A stretch of DNA of 64,000 nucleotides from Chiloscyllium plagiosum (taxonomy: Eukaryota). Each line of letters opens with the position of its first letter. Position 1 is the first letter of the stretch. Under the pieces are notes generated by a model. It saw nothing but the letters and a program-made list of their open reading frames with translations, was not told where the DNA came from and did no database searches. The translations under genes and the position numbers were made by a program. The stretch lies in contig NC_057720.1 of NCBI RefSeq assembly GCF_004010195.1, positions 5,971,273 to 6,035,272 on the forward strand, in the 5' to 3' direction. Shown here piece after piece: positions 1 through 11,501 of the stretch.

Positions 1-392
1 TTATGCTCCTCAGATCCTGTCTTGCAGCATCGTATTTACCCTTCCCCCAATTTGAAAACCTACCCTGTTGCACGCACCGATCTCTCTCCATAACCAAGTT
101 GAAAGTCACAGAATTGTGGTCACCATCACCAAAATGTTCACCCAGTAACAAGCCCATCACTTGTCCCGGTTCATTACCGAGTACCAAATCCAATATGGCC
201 TCCCCTCTGGTCGGGCAATCTACATACTGAGTTAGAAAAGCTTTCTGGTCACACTGCACAAACACTGCCATATCCAATCTACTTGATCTAAAGAGCTTCC
301 AATCAATGTTTGGGAAGTTGAAATCACCCATGACTACTACCCTGTGGCTTCTGCACCTTTCCAAAATCTGTTTCCCAATCTGTTTCTCCAAA
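1..392 (-). mobile_element. CR1-type LINE ORF2 fragment (APE endonuclease), degraded
   Basis: Minus strand reads ...HRVVVMGDFNFPNIDW..., the CR1 endonuclease motif also seen at 29527-29916. Confidence 0.85.
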
Positions 393-520
393 ATACCATT
401 ATCTCATCGAGACTGATTACTAAACTTAGTGATCTTGGACTAAGCCCCATTCGCTGCAACTGAATCTTCAGTTTCCTGACCCACAGGCCACAAACAGTGA
501 AGACTGGGGACAATAATTCA

Positions 521-1232
521 TATTGAGGGAATGATGCACTGTCAGAGGGTCAGTATTGAGGGAGTGCTGCACTGTCAGAGGGTCAGTACTGAGGGAATGC
601 TGAATTGTTGGAGAGTTAATACTGAGGGAGTGCTTAGCAATTTGAGTTTCAGTTCTGAGGGAGTGCTGCACTGTCGAAGGTCAATACTGTGGAAATGCTG
701 CATTGTCAGAGGGTCAATACTGAGGGAATGCTGCACTGTTGGAGGGTCAGTATTGTGGGAAAGCTGCACTGTTGAAGGATCAGTACTGTGGGAATGCTGC
801 TCTGTCAGAGGGTCAGTACTGAGGGAGTGCTGCACTGTTGGAGGGTCAGCACTGAGGGAGTGCTGCGCTGTTGGAGGGTCAGCACTGACGGAGTGCTGCA
901 CTGTCGGAGGGTCAGCACTGACGGAGTGCTGCACTGTTGGAGGGTCAGTACTGTGTGGATACTGCACTGTTGGAGGATCAGCACTGAGGGTGTGCTGCAC
1001 TGTCGGAGGGTCAGCACTGAGGGAGTGCTGCACTGTTGGAGGGTCAGCACTGACGGAGTGCTGCACTGTTGGAGGGTCAGTACTGTGTGGATACTGCACT
1101 GTTGGAGGATCAGCACTGAGGATGTGGTGCACTGTTGGAGTGTCAGTAATGTGAGAATGTTGAATTGCCAGAGGGTTAATACTGAAGGAGTGCTTTATAA
1201 TTGGGGTGTCAGTTCTGAGGGAGAGCTATGCT
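521..1232. repeat. 33-bp minisatellite, about 21 units (GAGGGAGTGCTGCACTGTTGGAGGGTCAGYACT)
   Basis: Period 33 (units start at 821 and 854); a variant block recurs 132 bp apart (951, 1083). Confidence 0.97.
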
Positions 1233-1471
1233 ATCATTCTTAGATTTTTGGATGCAATGCTAAGTTTAAACCCTCATTACTCCTTCAGGCAGATGTAAAA
1301 GGTCTACAATGCCTCTGAAGAAAAGCAGAGTAGTTATCAATCAACGAGTGTAGAAATATATAAAAGTACTTTGAGATGTGGCCTTAAGGTCATGACGAGA
1401 ACATTTGAGTTCGGCAATCTTGCATTCCCAGCGAGGACCTGACAAAAAGGCACGTCAGGGATTGACTTGAT

Positions 1472-1992
1472 GGTGAAAGTAAGGACTGCAAATGCTGGAG
1501 ATTAGAATCGAGAGTGTGGTGCTGGAAAAGCACAGCAGGTCAAGCAGCATCCGAGGAGCAGGTGAATCGACAGTTTGGGCAAAATCCCTTCATCAGCAAT
1601 GAGACTGGGAGCCTCGGGGGTAGAGAGATAAATGGGAGAGAGGTGGGGCTGGGGGGAAGGTAGCTGGGAGTGCAATTGGTGGATGAGGTGGGGGTATAGG
1701 TGATAGATCGGAGAGGAGAGTGGAGTGAATAGGTGGGAAGGAAGATTGACAGGTAGGACAGGTCATGGGCGGTACTAAGATGGAAGGTTGGAACTGAGAT
1801 AAGGTGGAGTGAGGGGAAATCAGGAACCTGGTGAAATACACATTGATGCCGTGGGGTTGGAGGGTCCCAAGGCAGAAGATGAGGTCTTCTCCCTTCAGGC
1901 ATTGGGTGGTTTGGGAGTGGCGATGGAGGAGGCTCAGGACCTGCATATCCTTGGCGAAGTGGGAAGGGGAATTAAAGTGACTTGTTGGCATT
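1472..1992 (-). mobile_element. Penelope-like element 3' fragment (family A): GIY-YIG C-terminus plus terminal repeat with decayed hammerhead
   Basis: ORF 1593-1991 HFNSPSH...LIFCLGTLQPHGINVYF resembles the PLE endonuclease end; terminal sequence matches the copy at 42391-43571. Confidence 0.8.
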
Positions 1993-2040
1993 GTGTCCCT
2001 AATTCCAGTCTCTGCTTTGTTTGGTTTCCATTTACCTCAG

Positions 2041-2158
2041 ATCTCTGAATTTATCCTACTCTGCAAATTCCTGTATGCAAGTGCCATTGTTGAAAAAATG
2101 ACAGGGGAACTGTTGATTCTGGACAGCTTGATCCAGCACATCTGCTCCCGAATCCCAG
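2041..2158 (+). other. Candidate exon of an unidentified transcript (ISEFILLCKFLYASAIVEKMTGELLILDSLIQHICSRIP)
   Basis: CTAAT, pyrimidine tract and CAG ending at 2040; open frame; AG|GTCGGC donor; no recognised homology. Confidence 0.25.
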
Positions 2159-2267
2159 GTCGGCAAGTTTTAGACTGCTTGGCACAGATAACAAAAAAAG
2201 AAGCAGCATTCTTAAAGTTTAATAACGTAACAGAATCTTCAAACCTGTGGAACACATCCTTCCCAAA

Positions 2268-2546
2268 TTGAGGTGTACAAAATCATGAGAGATATAGACA
2301 GGGTGGATAGAAAGAAGCTTTTTCCCAGAGTGGGGAACTCAATTACTATGGGTCACAAGTTCAAAGTGAGAGGGGAAAAGTTTATGGGAGATATGCGTGG
2401 AAAGTTCTTCACACAGAGGGTGGTGGGTGCCTGGAACACGTTGCCAGCGGAGGTGGTGGGGGTGGGCACGATAGCATCTTTAAGATGTAAGCAGTAGGCT
2501 TGGAGGGCCGAAGGGCCTGTTCCTGTGCTGTAATGTTCTTTGTTCG
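2268..2546 (+). mobile_element. CR1 LINE 3' end
   Basis: YKIMRDIDRVDRKKLFP...KFFTQRVVGAWNTLP then typical CR1 3' UTR. Confidence 0.9.
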
Positions 2547-3115
2547 TTGTTCTTTGAACAATTTATTTTGAACAAGCCAATGAAGATGGTGCACCCTTGC
2601 CACAATCATGCAGCTTGCTTTGTATATCCCAAGCATATTTTATTGTCTGATATTAAAATATGTTTCAGCAATTATGTGTCAAGGCTGTTTTTATTAAAAT
2701 GCAACTTAATTGGCAGTAATTTTATTGTATGTGCCCAGTTTTGAGTGCATAATTTTCTCTCTGCCCTGGTACTAATTTCTGAGAACCTTGTGTTTTCTTT
2801 ATCAGATGTATAATAGCTAGTCTCTGCTGATTACAAGCTTATGGAATCTTTGCTTGATGTTAAGCTAACCTGAAATCAGTTCAGAAAGCTACTTAATATG
2901 GTTGTGCAGAAATGAGTGCCCAAGATAATTACATTGTTTTGCTCTGTCTAACTATTTGGGCTAAAGCCCAAAGGCTCACCTGAAAACTAATCCATCAAAC
3001 AGGATGGAACTCTGGTTTGCTCTGCTGAGGTAAAGCCATAATGCCTTCAGGTAACAAAAACTTTGGAGAAAACTTCAGGAGAAAAAAAACATCAGAACTC
3101 AATGTCCTTTGTACT

Positions 3116-3398
3116 GAATCCCTACAGTGTGGAAACGGGCCCTTCAGCCCAACAAGTCCACATCAACCCTCTGAAGAGTAACCATCCAGACCCACTCCCC
3201 TAACTATCACATCCCTGAACACTCTGGGGCAATTTAACATAGCCAGTTCACTTAACTAGCACCTCCTTGAATTGTGGGAGGAAACTCACACAGACACAGA
3301 GCGAATGTGCAAACTTCACACAGACAGTTGCCTGAGGCTGGGATTGAACTCAGGTCCCTGGTGCTGTGAGGCAGCAGTGCTAACCACTGAGCCACCAT
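3116..3398 (-). mobile_element. HE1/V-SINE-like tRNA-derived SINE
   Basis: Minus strand TGGCTCAGTGG A box, GTTCAATCC B box, CR1-like tail; matches other copies in the window. Confidence 0.85.
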
Positions 3399-3599
3399 GT
3401 CATTCCTGATTTTAATGAATGTTCACATACTAAATTCATGCCACTTGCAAGGATTATCAAAATTAAAATTAAATATTTCCTTTCAACCAGAATTATAACC
3501 CAAGGATCCCTAAATGTTTCACTGTGGGTCCCACCGCAAGCACCCATTGCAAAATGCTGTCTAAGTCACCATACCCACTACAGTATATCCCTCAATAAC

Positions 3600-4390
3600 C
3601 CCTAGTCCTGAACAAAATCCTACTTGGTCTAGAGGTAGAAGGACAAGGGCAGCAGATATGTGGAAACAACATCCCATGCAAAACATAACACAGAACATAA
3701 CACATAGAACTGTACAGCACAGGAACAGGCCTTTCAGTCCATCTATGCCAACCATGATGTTATTCTAAACTAGTTTTGCCTGCCTGCACATGGTCCGTAT
3801 CCCTCTATTCCCCATATTTGTCTAAATGCCTCAAATTTCACTATTTTTTCTGCTTCCACCACCTCCTAGTCAGAATATTATGGCAAGTAACTCACCTCTT
3901 GACTCTCCAAAGCCTATCCACCATTTACAAGGCACAAGTGCAGCCCTAACAACACTCAAAAAGCTTAACACCATCCAAGACAAAGGAACTCATTTGATTG
4001 GCACCACATCCATACGCATCCACTCCCTCCACCATCAATGCTCAGCAGCAACAGTGTGTACTATCTACGAGATGGGCTACAGAAATTCACCAAGGATCCT
4101 CAGACAGCACCTTCCCAATCCATGACCATTTAGAAGGACAAGGGCAGCAGATATGTGGAAACAACATCCCATGCAAATTCCCCTCCAAGCACTCACCATC
4201 CTGACTTGGAAATATATCGCTGTTTCTTTATTATTGCTGGGCCAAATCCTGGAATTCCCTCCCTAAGGGCATTGTGGGTCATCTTGAATGGCTCAAGAAG
4301 GCAGCTCACCAGCACCTTCTTAAGAGCAACTAGGAACAGGCAATAAATGCTGGCCAGTTAATGGTATCCCACATCTCATGGATGAATGAG
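3600..4390 (+). mobile_element. L2/CR1-group LINE 3' fragments, interrupted by an antisense CR1 3' end (about 3690-3870)
   Basis: TTLKKLNTIQDK...HSLHH...LRQHLPNP; ends GCAACTAGGAACAGGCAATAAATGCTGGCC. Confidence 0.7.
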
Positions 4391-5004
4391 AAAACATATC
4401 TTCTAATTCCCGTGTATTGCAGGTAAAGGAAGACTCTCTCTCACTCCAAGTACTACATACCAGTTAAGAAAAGGAATCTGTACAAAGCAACTTTACTCAA
4501 TCCAGGAATCCAAGCCTCTCAAAAATGGCATGTTCAACTATCAGCATCAGTCCTTCAGTAATTTTCATTATTGTCATTGCATGTTTAACCAACTGCTCTT
4601 CATGAGCAAGTTGAAGACTGATCTGTATATCTTTTGTTAACTTCTATCTTATTGAACTCACCTCTTCATTCTAACCTGTGTGCGCTTGTCTTGCATTATT
4701 AAATATGCTCACATTTAATAATTAATGGATTCTGACATTTTGCTAATTCACGAAAAGCTGGTTAAATTTGCACTTTTTTAAAGCATAAGATTATTTGGGT
4801 ACCTTGTCTGGAACCATATTAAATTGAAGAATCTTACCTGGGGGTCTGGTCACTACATTACATTTCCTGCCCCCTGCATATTCAAGGAGCTTTTCAATCC
4901 ATTTTACACGTTATCACTATGGTTATGGAAGGAAATGTTTCTGCCATTTTGTACACAGCGAGATCCCAGAGTAAGCAATGACATAAATTGAATCCCCTTA
5001 TGAC

Positions 5005-5262
5005 TGATGATGGAATTTGAATTTCATAAAAATCTGGAATTAAGAGTCTAATGATGACCATGAATCCTTTGTTGGAAAAACCCAGCAGGTTCACTAATTC
5101 CCTTCAGGGGAGGAAACTGCTATCCTTACCTGGTCTGACATACACGTGACTCCAGGCACACAGCAATGTGGTTGACTCTTAACTGCCCTCTGGGCAATTA
5201 GGGATGGACAATAAATGCTGCCTGGGAAGCGATGTCCTCATTCTGAGAATGAACAAAAAAAA
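5005..5262 (+). mobile_element. SINE family B (shares its 3' tail with the L2/CR1-group LINE)
   Basis: Matches 33915-34105, 51815-52160, 59578-59872; tail GGGCAATTAGGGATGGACAATAAATGC. Confidence 0.75.
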
Positions 5263-5819
5263 AGTGGATATTCTGTTTAGATTCTGTTGATGAGAACTCT
5301 TCTGCTTTTATCAAATCATTCCATTTGTTCTTTTATTTCCACCTGATCCAGCATTTGATTCAGCATTTCAGTACAGAGGCTGGTATTTATTGGAGGTGTT
5401 GGGAGTTTCATCTTGCTGTTTAGAGGTGACCTTTAGGGAACATCTCCTGTATTAAATACCACTAAGGCACCTTAGTGGTACCACCAGGAATGGCCTTCCC
5501 CTTGGATCATGATCCCAGAGATCGGCAAGCAAAAGGTGCCAACCCATCAGAGACTGGCCTCTCGAATGCAAGGGGACTGACAGCAGGGCGGTGATGACTT
5601 CTATTGAGAGGGCACCCAGTTGAGATCTTAGGTTTCTCACTGGATCTGAGGTCACAGGTAGCTGATGTAGGGCGGAAGGCTGGAGCATGTCAGGGTAGTA
5701 GTGGGGTTCGACAGTGAAGACTGAAGCATGGCTCTCAGAGAGAGATTCCCCCCTTACCTGAAGCTAGTTCCCTCGATCAGCCTCCGAGTATCTTCAAAGA
5801 CTTCCCCTTCTTTAGCCTG

Positions 5820-6110
5820 GGGCAGCATGGTGGCTCAGTGGTTAGCACTGCTGCCTCACAGTGCAAGGGACCCAGGTTCAATTCTAGCCTTGGGTAACTG
5901 TCTGTGTGGAGTTTGCATGTTCTCTCCATATCTGTGCGGGTTTCCTCCGGGTGCTCTGGTTTCCTCCTACAGTGAAAAGATGTGCAGGTTAGGATGGATT
6001 ACCCATAGTTTTCAGGGATGTGTAGGTTAGGTGCATTAGACATGGAAAATGTAGGGGACAGGTTGGTGTGGATATGTTGGCCTGTTTCCACACTGTGGGG
6101 ATTCTATGAT
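5820..6110 (+). mobile_element. HE1/V-SINE-like SINE
   Basis: GGTGGCTCAGTGGTTAGCAC A box, GGTTCAATTC B box. Confidence 0.85.
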
Positions 6111-6659
6111 TCCCTGGTCCCTGGCAGCAGCAAGGAACATGTTAGTGGGTTAGCCTGCAGTGCACCCTCATTGTGAGACTCCCCATTCACTGCTGGGTTC
6201 ATCCCAATGACAACAAGATAAAGCCCATTTGTGGGCATCTATAATCCACACAAGAGTCATTGCTGTCGACAGAGGTGTGGAGTACTCCCTCCATGAGTTT
6301 AGTCAGGGCGGTGTAGGGAAGATGGCAATCCCTACATTCCAACTCCTCCCTGATCAAATGTCTCCACCACCAAATTTTCCAAGGTGGCACTAAATTTCCC
6401 CTAATGTCTCATCCAATGAGCATCACTTCAAACAATGTGCTCTCTTTCTGTAAGTACCTTAAATGTCAGTCTGGTTTATCGAAATTTCCATGACGTGCTT
6501 CAGAGATGATAGCGCTGTCACCGAGTCACAATGACACTCTGTTACGTTCCACCACCTAGTGATGGACTGTCAAGGAGCATCTCAGAGTAGCTCACACACA
6601 CTGGGTAAATTTCAAATACAGCTTTTGCTTTACATAAATAACGCTCTCAAAAAACCAAA

Positions 6660-6925
6660 GGAATGGGAATAAGCAAGCAGGAGATACATGGGAACAGCAA
6701 CCCCTGCAACTTCCCCTCAAAGTCACTCACCATACTGACTTTGGAAATATATCACTGTTCCTTCAACATCGCTGGGTCAAAATCCTGGAACTCTCTCCCT
6801 GAGGGCACTGTGGGTCTCCTTACACCATATGGACAAGAAAGCAGCTCATCATCGCCTTGTCAAGGACAATGAGGGACAGGCAATAAATACTGCCCTGCGA
6901 CCATTGGGTGAATTAAAATGAATAA
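6660..6925 (+). mobile_element. L2/CR1-group LINE 3' end
   Basis: GSKSWNSLP motif and GGCAATAAATAC tail. Confidence 0.7.
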
Positions 6926-7175
6926 TCTTTTGTAGTGCTGTTGGTTCAGGGACCTATGTTGTTCAGTAAACTGGGAGAATTCATTACTATTCCTCAAATA
7001 ATGCCGTGGGGCTGTTTCAAGCTCTGAGTGCAAAGGTCGACTGGACTTCAGTGATAAAACTACACTGAAGCTTATCCATTCTGACAAATTCTAAGCCTGC
7101 AGTGGCAAAGAAAAGGCACGAGGTATTGATTTAAAAAAATTAGCTGCAAGTGATTTGTACAGATGTTTCTGATCA

Positions 7176-7345
7176 GAAACAAAAACAGAAGTTGCTGGAA
7201 AAGCTGAGCTGAAGAATTCTGAGGAAGGGTCACCAGACCCATAATGTTCACTCTGATTTCTCTCCACAGATGCTGCCAGACCTGCTGAGCTTTTCCAGCA
7301 ACTTCTGATTTTGTTTCTGATTTACAGCATCTGCAGTTCTTTCAT
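7176..7345 (+). mobile_element. Short PLE-type terminal-repeat insertion (family D) with inverted arm and decayed hammerhead
   Basis: TSD TGTTTCTGATCA at 7164-7175 and 7346-7357; CTGAGGA-A-GGGTC-ACCA-GACCC; arm 7173-7209 is inverted relative to 7284-7320. Confidence 0.7.
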
Positions 7346-7479
7346 TGTTTCTGATCAAGCTGTTCTGGAAGATGTTACTGTCCACCTCCGGGGCATCATG
7401 GGATTTGAGCCCAAGCCTTCTAGCTCTGTAGCTAGGACCCTTCTATTGTTCCACAGGAATCCAAGGGGCTTGGACATAC

Positions 7480-8290
7480 AAAACAAAGAGAACCAAGAAC
7501 AATACAGCACAGGAACAGGCTCTTCGCCCCTCTAAGCCTGCACTGACACATTTTTCCCTTCCATACTAAAACTTCTTCATTTCCAGGATCCATGGCTCTC
7601 TATTCCCTTCCAATTCATGTGCTCATCCAGGTGCTTCTTGAATGCTGTTACTGTGTCTGCTTCCACCACCTCCTCTGGCAGTGTGTTCCAGGTACTCACC
7701 AACCTTTGTGTGAAAAACCTGACTCATACATCTCTTTTAAACTTCCCCCAACCCCGAACTTTGAACCTGTGTCTCCTAGTAATTTACCCATCCATCCTGG
7801 GAGAAAAAGTCTCATAATTTCCAAGCTATCCATGCCATTCACCATCTTATAAACTTCCATCAGGTCACCCCTCAACCTCCTGTATTCCAGTGAAACCAAA
7901 CTCAGTCTATCCAAATTTTCTTCATAGCTAAAATCCTCCATACCAGGCGACATCCTGGTAAACCTTTTTTGCCCATCCAAAGGATCCAAATCCTTCTGGT
8001 AGTGTGGTGACCAGAACTGTACACAATATTCCAAATACGGCCTAACTAAAGTTCGATAATGCTGCAGCATAACTTGTCTATCCTAATACTCCATTCCCCT
8101 TCCATTAAAGGCAAGCGTGCCATAGGTCTTTTTTACTGCCTTATCTCCCTGCACTGCCAACCTTCCGTGATCTGTGGACCTGCACACCCAGATCCCTCTG
8201 CCTTTCAATACTCCTAAGGATTCTGCCATTCACTGTATACCTTTCACCCGTGCTTGATCTTCCAAAATGCATCACCTCGCATTTGTCCGA
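7480..8290 (-). mobile_element. CR1 LINE 3' portion
   Basis: YRTLVRPYLEYCVQFWSPHY...RRLRGDLMEVYKM. Confidence 0.92.
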
Positions 8291-8774
8291 ACATGCTCAC
8301 AACTGATTGGGACTCAATCAGTTTTGCATCCAATGGTATTCATTCAAGTTTGAGAATAGGCAATCGTTTATATCTATTAGCATCTGTCAGAGCATTTGTC
8401 TTTCTCTGTAATATACTGGAATTTGTCGCTAATATAACCATAACATCTGCTGTGCTGTGCCAGCTCAGTTAATGAAGCCATCTCTGTTCAGTGGGGAGTT
8501 TCCTGAAGGTTTTCATAATTTAATAATTTAACAACAATGACAGTGATTGTAAACAGTGGGGACACATAAAGGCAATGGAAAACCTGAAATCTCTGCACAC
8601 AATGTCACTGCTCCAAGAAGCAGATAACATTTAGACAACGGCGATGAAGAAAAGGAGGAGCATATCTTGCTCGAAGTACTTCACCAGTTCATAGCGAATA
8701 TGTTGTTTCAAAACAAAGGGGTTTGAATCTTGTTAGGAAAAGTTAATTTTGTTGCCAATATCCTTCTTAAGACC

Positions 8775-9069
8775 TAATGTGGAGGAACTGGTATTGGACT
8801 GGGTCACTATATAAGGTCACCCCTCAGCCTCCGATGTTCCAGGGAAAACAGCCCCAGCCAATTCAGCCTCTCCCTGCAGCTCAAAACCTCCAACTCTGGC
8901 AAAATCCTTGTAAATCTTTTCCGAACCCTTTCAAGTTTCACAACATCCTTCAGATAGGAAGGAGACCAGAACTGCACACATCAACCACCTGATGAAGGAG
9001 CAGCGCTCTGAAAGCTAGTGCCTCCAAATAAACCGGTTGGACTATAACCTGGTGTTGTGCGATGTATAA
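8775..9069. mobile_element. Chimeric insertion: inverted family-C PLE end + internal CR1 piece + family-C hammerhead repeat
   Basis: TSD CTTCTTAAGACC at 8763-8774 and 9070-9081. Confidence 0.7.
8986..9020 (+). ncRNA. Minimal type-I hammerhead ribozyme motif (family C)
   Basis: CAC-CTGATGA-A-GGAGC-AGC-GCTCT-GAAA-GC-TA^GTG; stem I CAC/GTG, palindromic AGCT. Confidence 0.75.
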
Positions 9070-9074
9070 CTTCT

Positions 9075-10170
9075 TAAGACCAGAAGACATGGGAGCAGAA
9101 ATAGGGCATTCAGCCCACTCAGCCTGCTCCGCTCCACCACCCAACTGGATCCCATGGCGTGGAGGTGCTGGTGTTGGACTGGGGTGGTCAAAGTCAGAAG
9201 TCACATGACACCAGGTTATAGTCCAACAGGTTTATTTGAAATCACAAACTTTGGTAACATTGCTCTATTGTCAGGTGAAGTGACTTAACTTGACAAAGGA
9301 GCAGCGCTCTGAAAGCTTGTCATTTGAAATAAACCTATTGGACTATGACCTGGTGTCATGTGACTTCTGACCTCAATGGGATCATGGCTGATCTGATCAT
9401 CTGCAACCCCACTTCCCTGCCTTTTCCCCATGACCCTTGATCTCCCCCCCATACCGATTAATAATCTGTCTTGCTAAGCATTGAATATACTGAATGACCC
9501 AGCCCTTTGCAGTAAAGAAGTCCACACATGCACTACCCTCTGAGAAAAGATAATCCCCCTCATCTCAATCTAAATTGTGTGATCCCTTATTCTGAGATTA
9601 TGTTATCGGATCCTGGACTGTCCCATGAGGGGAAATAACCTTCCTGCATCTACCCTGTCAAGTCCCCTATGAGTCTTGTATATTTTAACAAGGTTGCCTC
9701 TCATTTTTATATGTACCAAAATGTTCATACAAAACCTGCACATTTATTCTTCATAAGATAGTCACCCCTCATATCCAGTATCAGTTGTATGAACCTTCTC
9801 TGGACTGCCTACAATGTCACAGAACATAGAACATTAGAGTGCAGTACAACCCCTTCAGCCCTCAATGTTACATCGACCTGTGGAACCAATCTGAAGCCCA
9901 TTTAATTCCATTATAGTCCATATGCCTATCCAATGACCATTTAAATGCCCTTAAATGTCAGTCGATCGTAGGTAAGGGCTATAAAACTATTCACAGTATT
10001 CCACTAATGATTAATGCCTTGTCTAAATTTAGTAAAACCCCCCCAACTTTTATATTTCATTTCCTTTGAAATAACTGTCAGCATTCCATTTGCCTTCCCC
10101 ATTACCTGCTGAACGTGGACGCTAGCTTTCAGTGACTCATGAGCAGAGTCTTGTAAATCCCTCTGAAGTA
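9075..10170 (-). mobile_element. Degraded CR1 fragments, with a family-C inverted PLE insertion at about 9158-9373
   Basis: CR1 3' UTR and ORF2 remnants (KANGMLTVISK); long inverted repeat 9192-9245 vs 9308-9373. Confidence 0.75.
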
Positions 10171-10524
10171 TCTGAAAAAAGGAAAAGAGAAGCTGGGCAG
10201 CTGTACAGAAGGAAGTCAAGGTACAGCCACCAAGGTAGAGAAATTGAATTTGAGGATGCTTAACTATTAGTGAAGCACAGATATCTCAAAATGTTTGGGT
10301 CAAGAGAAGGTTACAAATACAGAGAAGGACCAGTTCATGGAAATGTTATAGCCCACCAGCATAAGGGATGTAGCCCAAACAACAAGGAAGAGGATGGTCT
10401 AAAATTCAATTATTTCCTGTTCTGAAGAAGGATAAAACATTAACTGTTTTATCTCCAAAGCTGCTGCCAGACCTGCTACGTTTCTCCAGCATTTAATCAT
10501 TTCGAGGTTTATACTATCCAACAC

Positions 10525-10722
10525 ATCCCCACCCCCACACTCCCACATGTACACACACACACCCTCACACACACAAACACACTCTCTCTCACAAAAACAC
10601 ACACAGGCACACACACACATTCTCTCTCTCTCACTCTCTCACACACTCACACACACACACACACACCCAACACCAACACACACACACTCTCTCTGACACA
10701 CACACACACACACACAAACACG
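10525..10722. repeat. Compound (CA)n/(CT)n microsatellite
   Basis: Directly visible. Confidence 0.97.
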
Positions 10723-11501
10723 ACAAGTGGAGGTGTGGGGAAGGACTTGATGAGGTGCTCATCCTTATTGATAATATGTTGCAGGCCACGAAGAACATGA
10801 CGTAGTTTTTCGGCTCCTGGGATGTATTGGAGAACGAATAGTACCCTGTTGGGAGCAGCTCGTGTCTGACTCCTGAGGAGGTCATTACAGTTTCTTGCTG
10901 TGGCATGTCGGAACTAGCGGTTGATGAGTTAAGCATTGTACCCTGCTCTAATGAGGGCATCCTTGAGTACTTCCAAGTGCCCATCACAGATCCTGTGTAT
11001 GCTTAGGGACTATCCGTAGGGGATGGCTGTTTTAATATGTTTCGGGTGGAAGATGGAGAAATGTAGCATCATGAGGTTATCCGTAGGTTAGTGGTAGAGT
11101 GAGGTGCTGAGGTGCCCATCCTTGATGGAGATGCATGTGTCCAAGAATGCGACAGATAGCAGAGAGTAGTCCATGGTGAGTTTGATGGTGGGATAAAACG
11201 CATTGATATCACTGTGTAGTTGTTTCAGTGACTTTTCACCATGGGTCCAGAGGAAGAAAATGTCATTAATGTATCTGGTGCATAGTGTTGGTCAAAGGTC
11301 CTCTGTAGAGAAGAAGTCTTGTTCGAACCTGTGCATGAAAGTTTGGCATTTTGGGGTGCAAATTTTGTCCCTATGGCTGTTCTGTGTGTCTGGATGAACA
11401 TCTGGTTGTCAAAGATGAAAATGTTGTGTTTAAGGATGAAGCAGATGAGTTGTAGGATGGTGCTTGGAGATTGGCAGTTGTTGGTATTGAGTACTGAGGC
11501 T

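Noticed and set aside
531..1243. Cys-rich ORFs resembling keratin-associated or metallothionein-like proteins
   Set aside because: By-product of a 33-bp minisatellite that is open in several frames on both strands
5820..5895. tRNA gene
   Set aside because: A and B boxes continue into a SINE body repeated many times in the window
5410..6400. GC-richer segments flanking a SINE, possibly an old DNA transposon
   Set aside because: No clear termini, TSD or coding motif could be identified by eye
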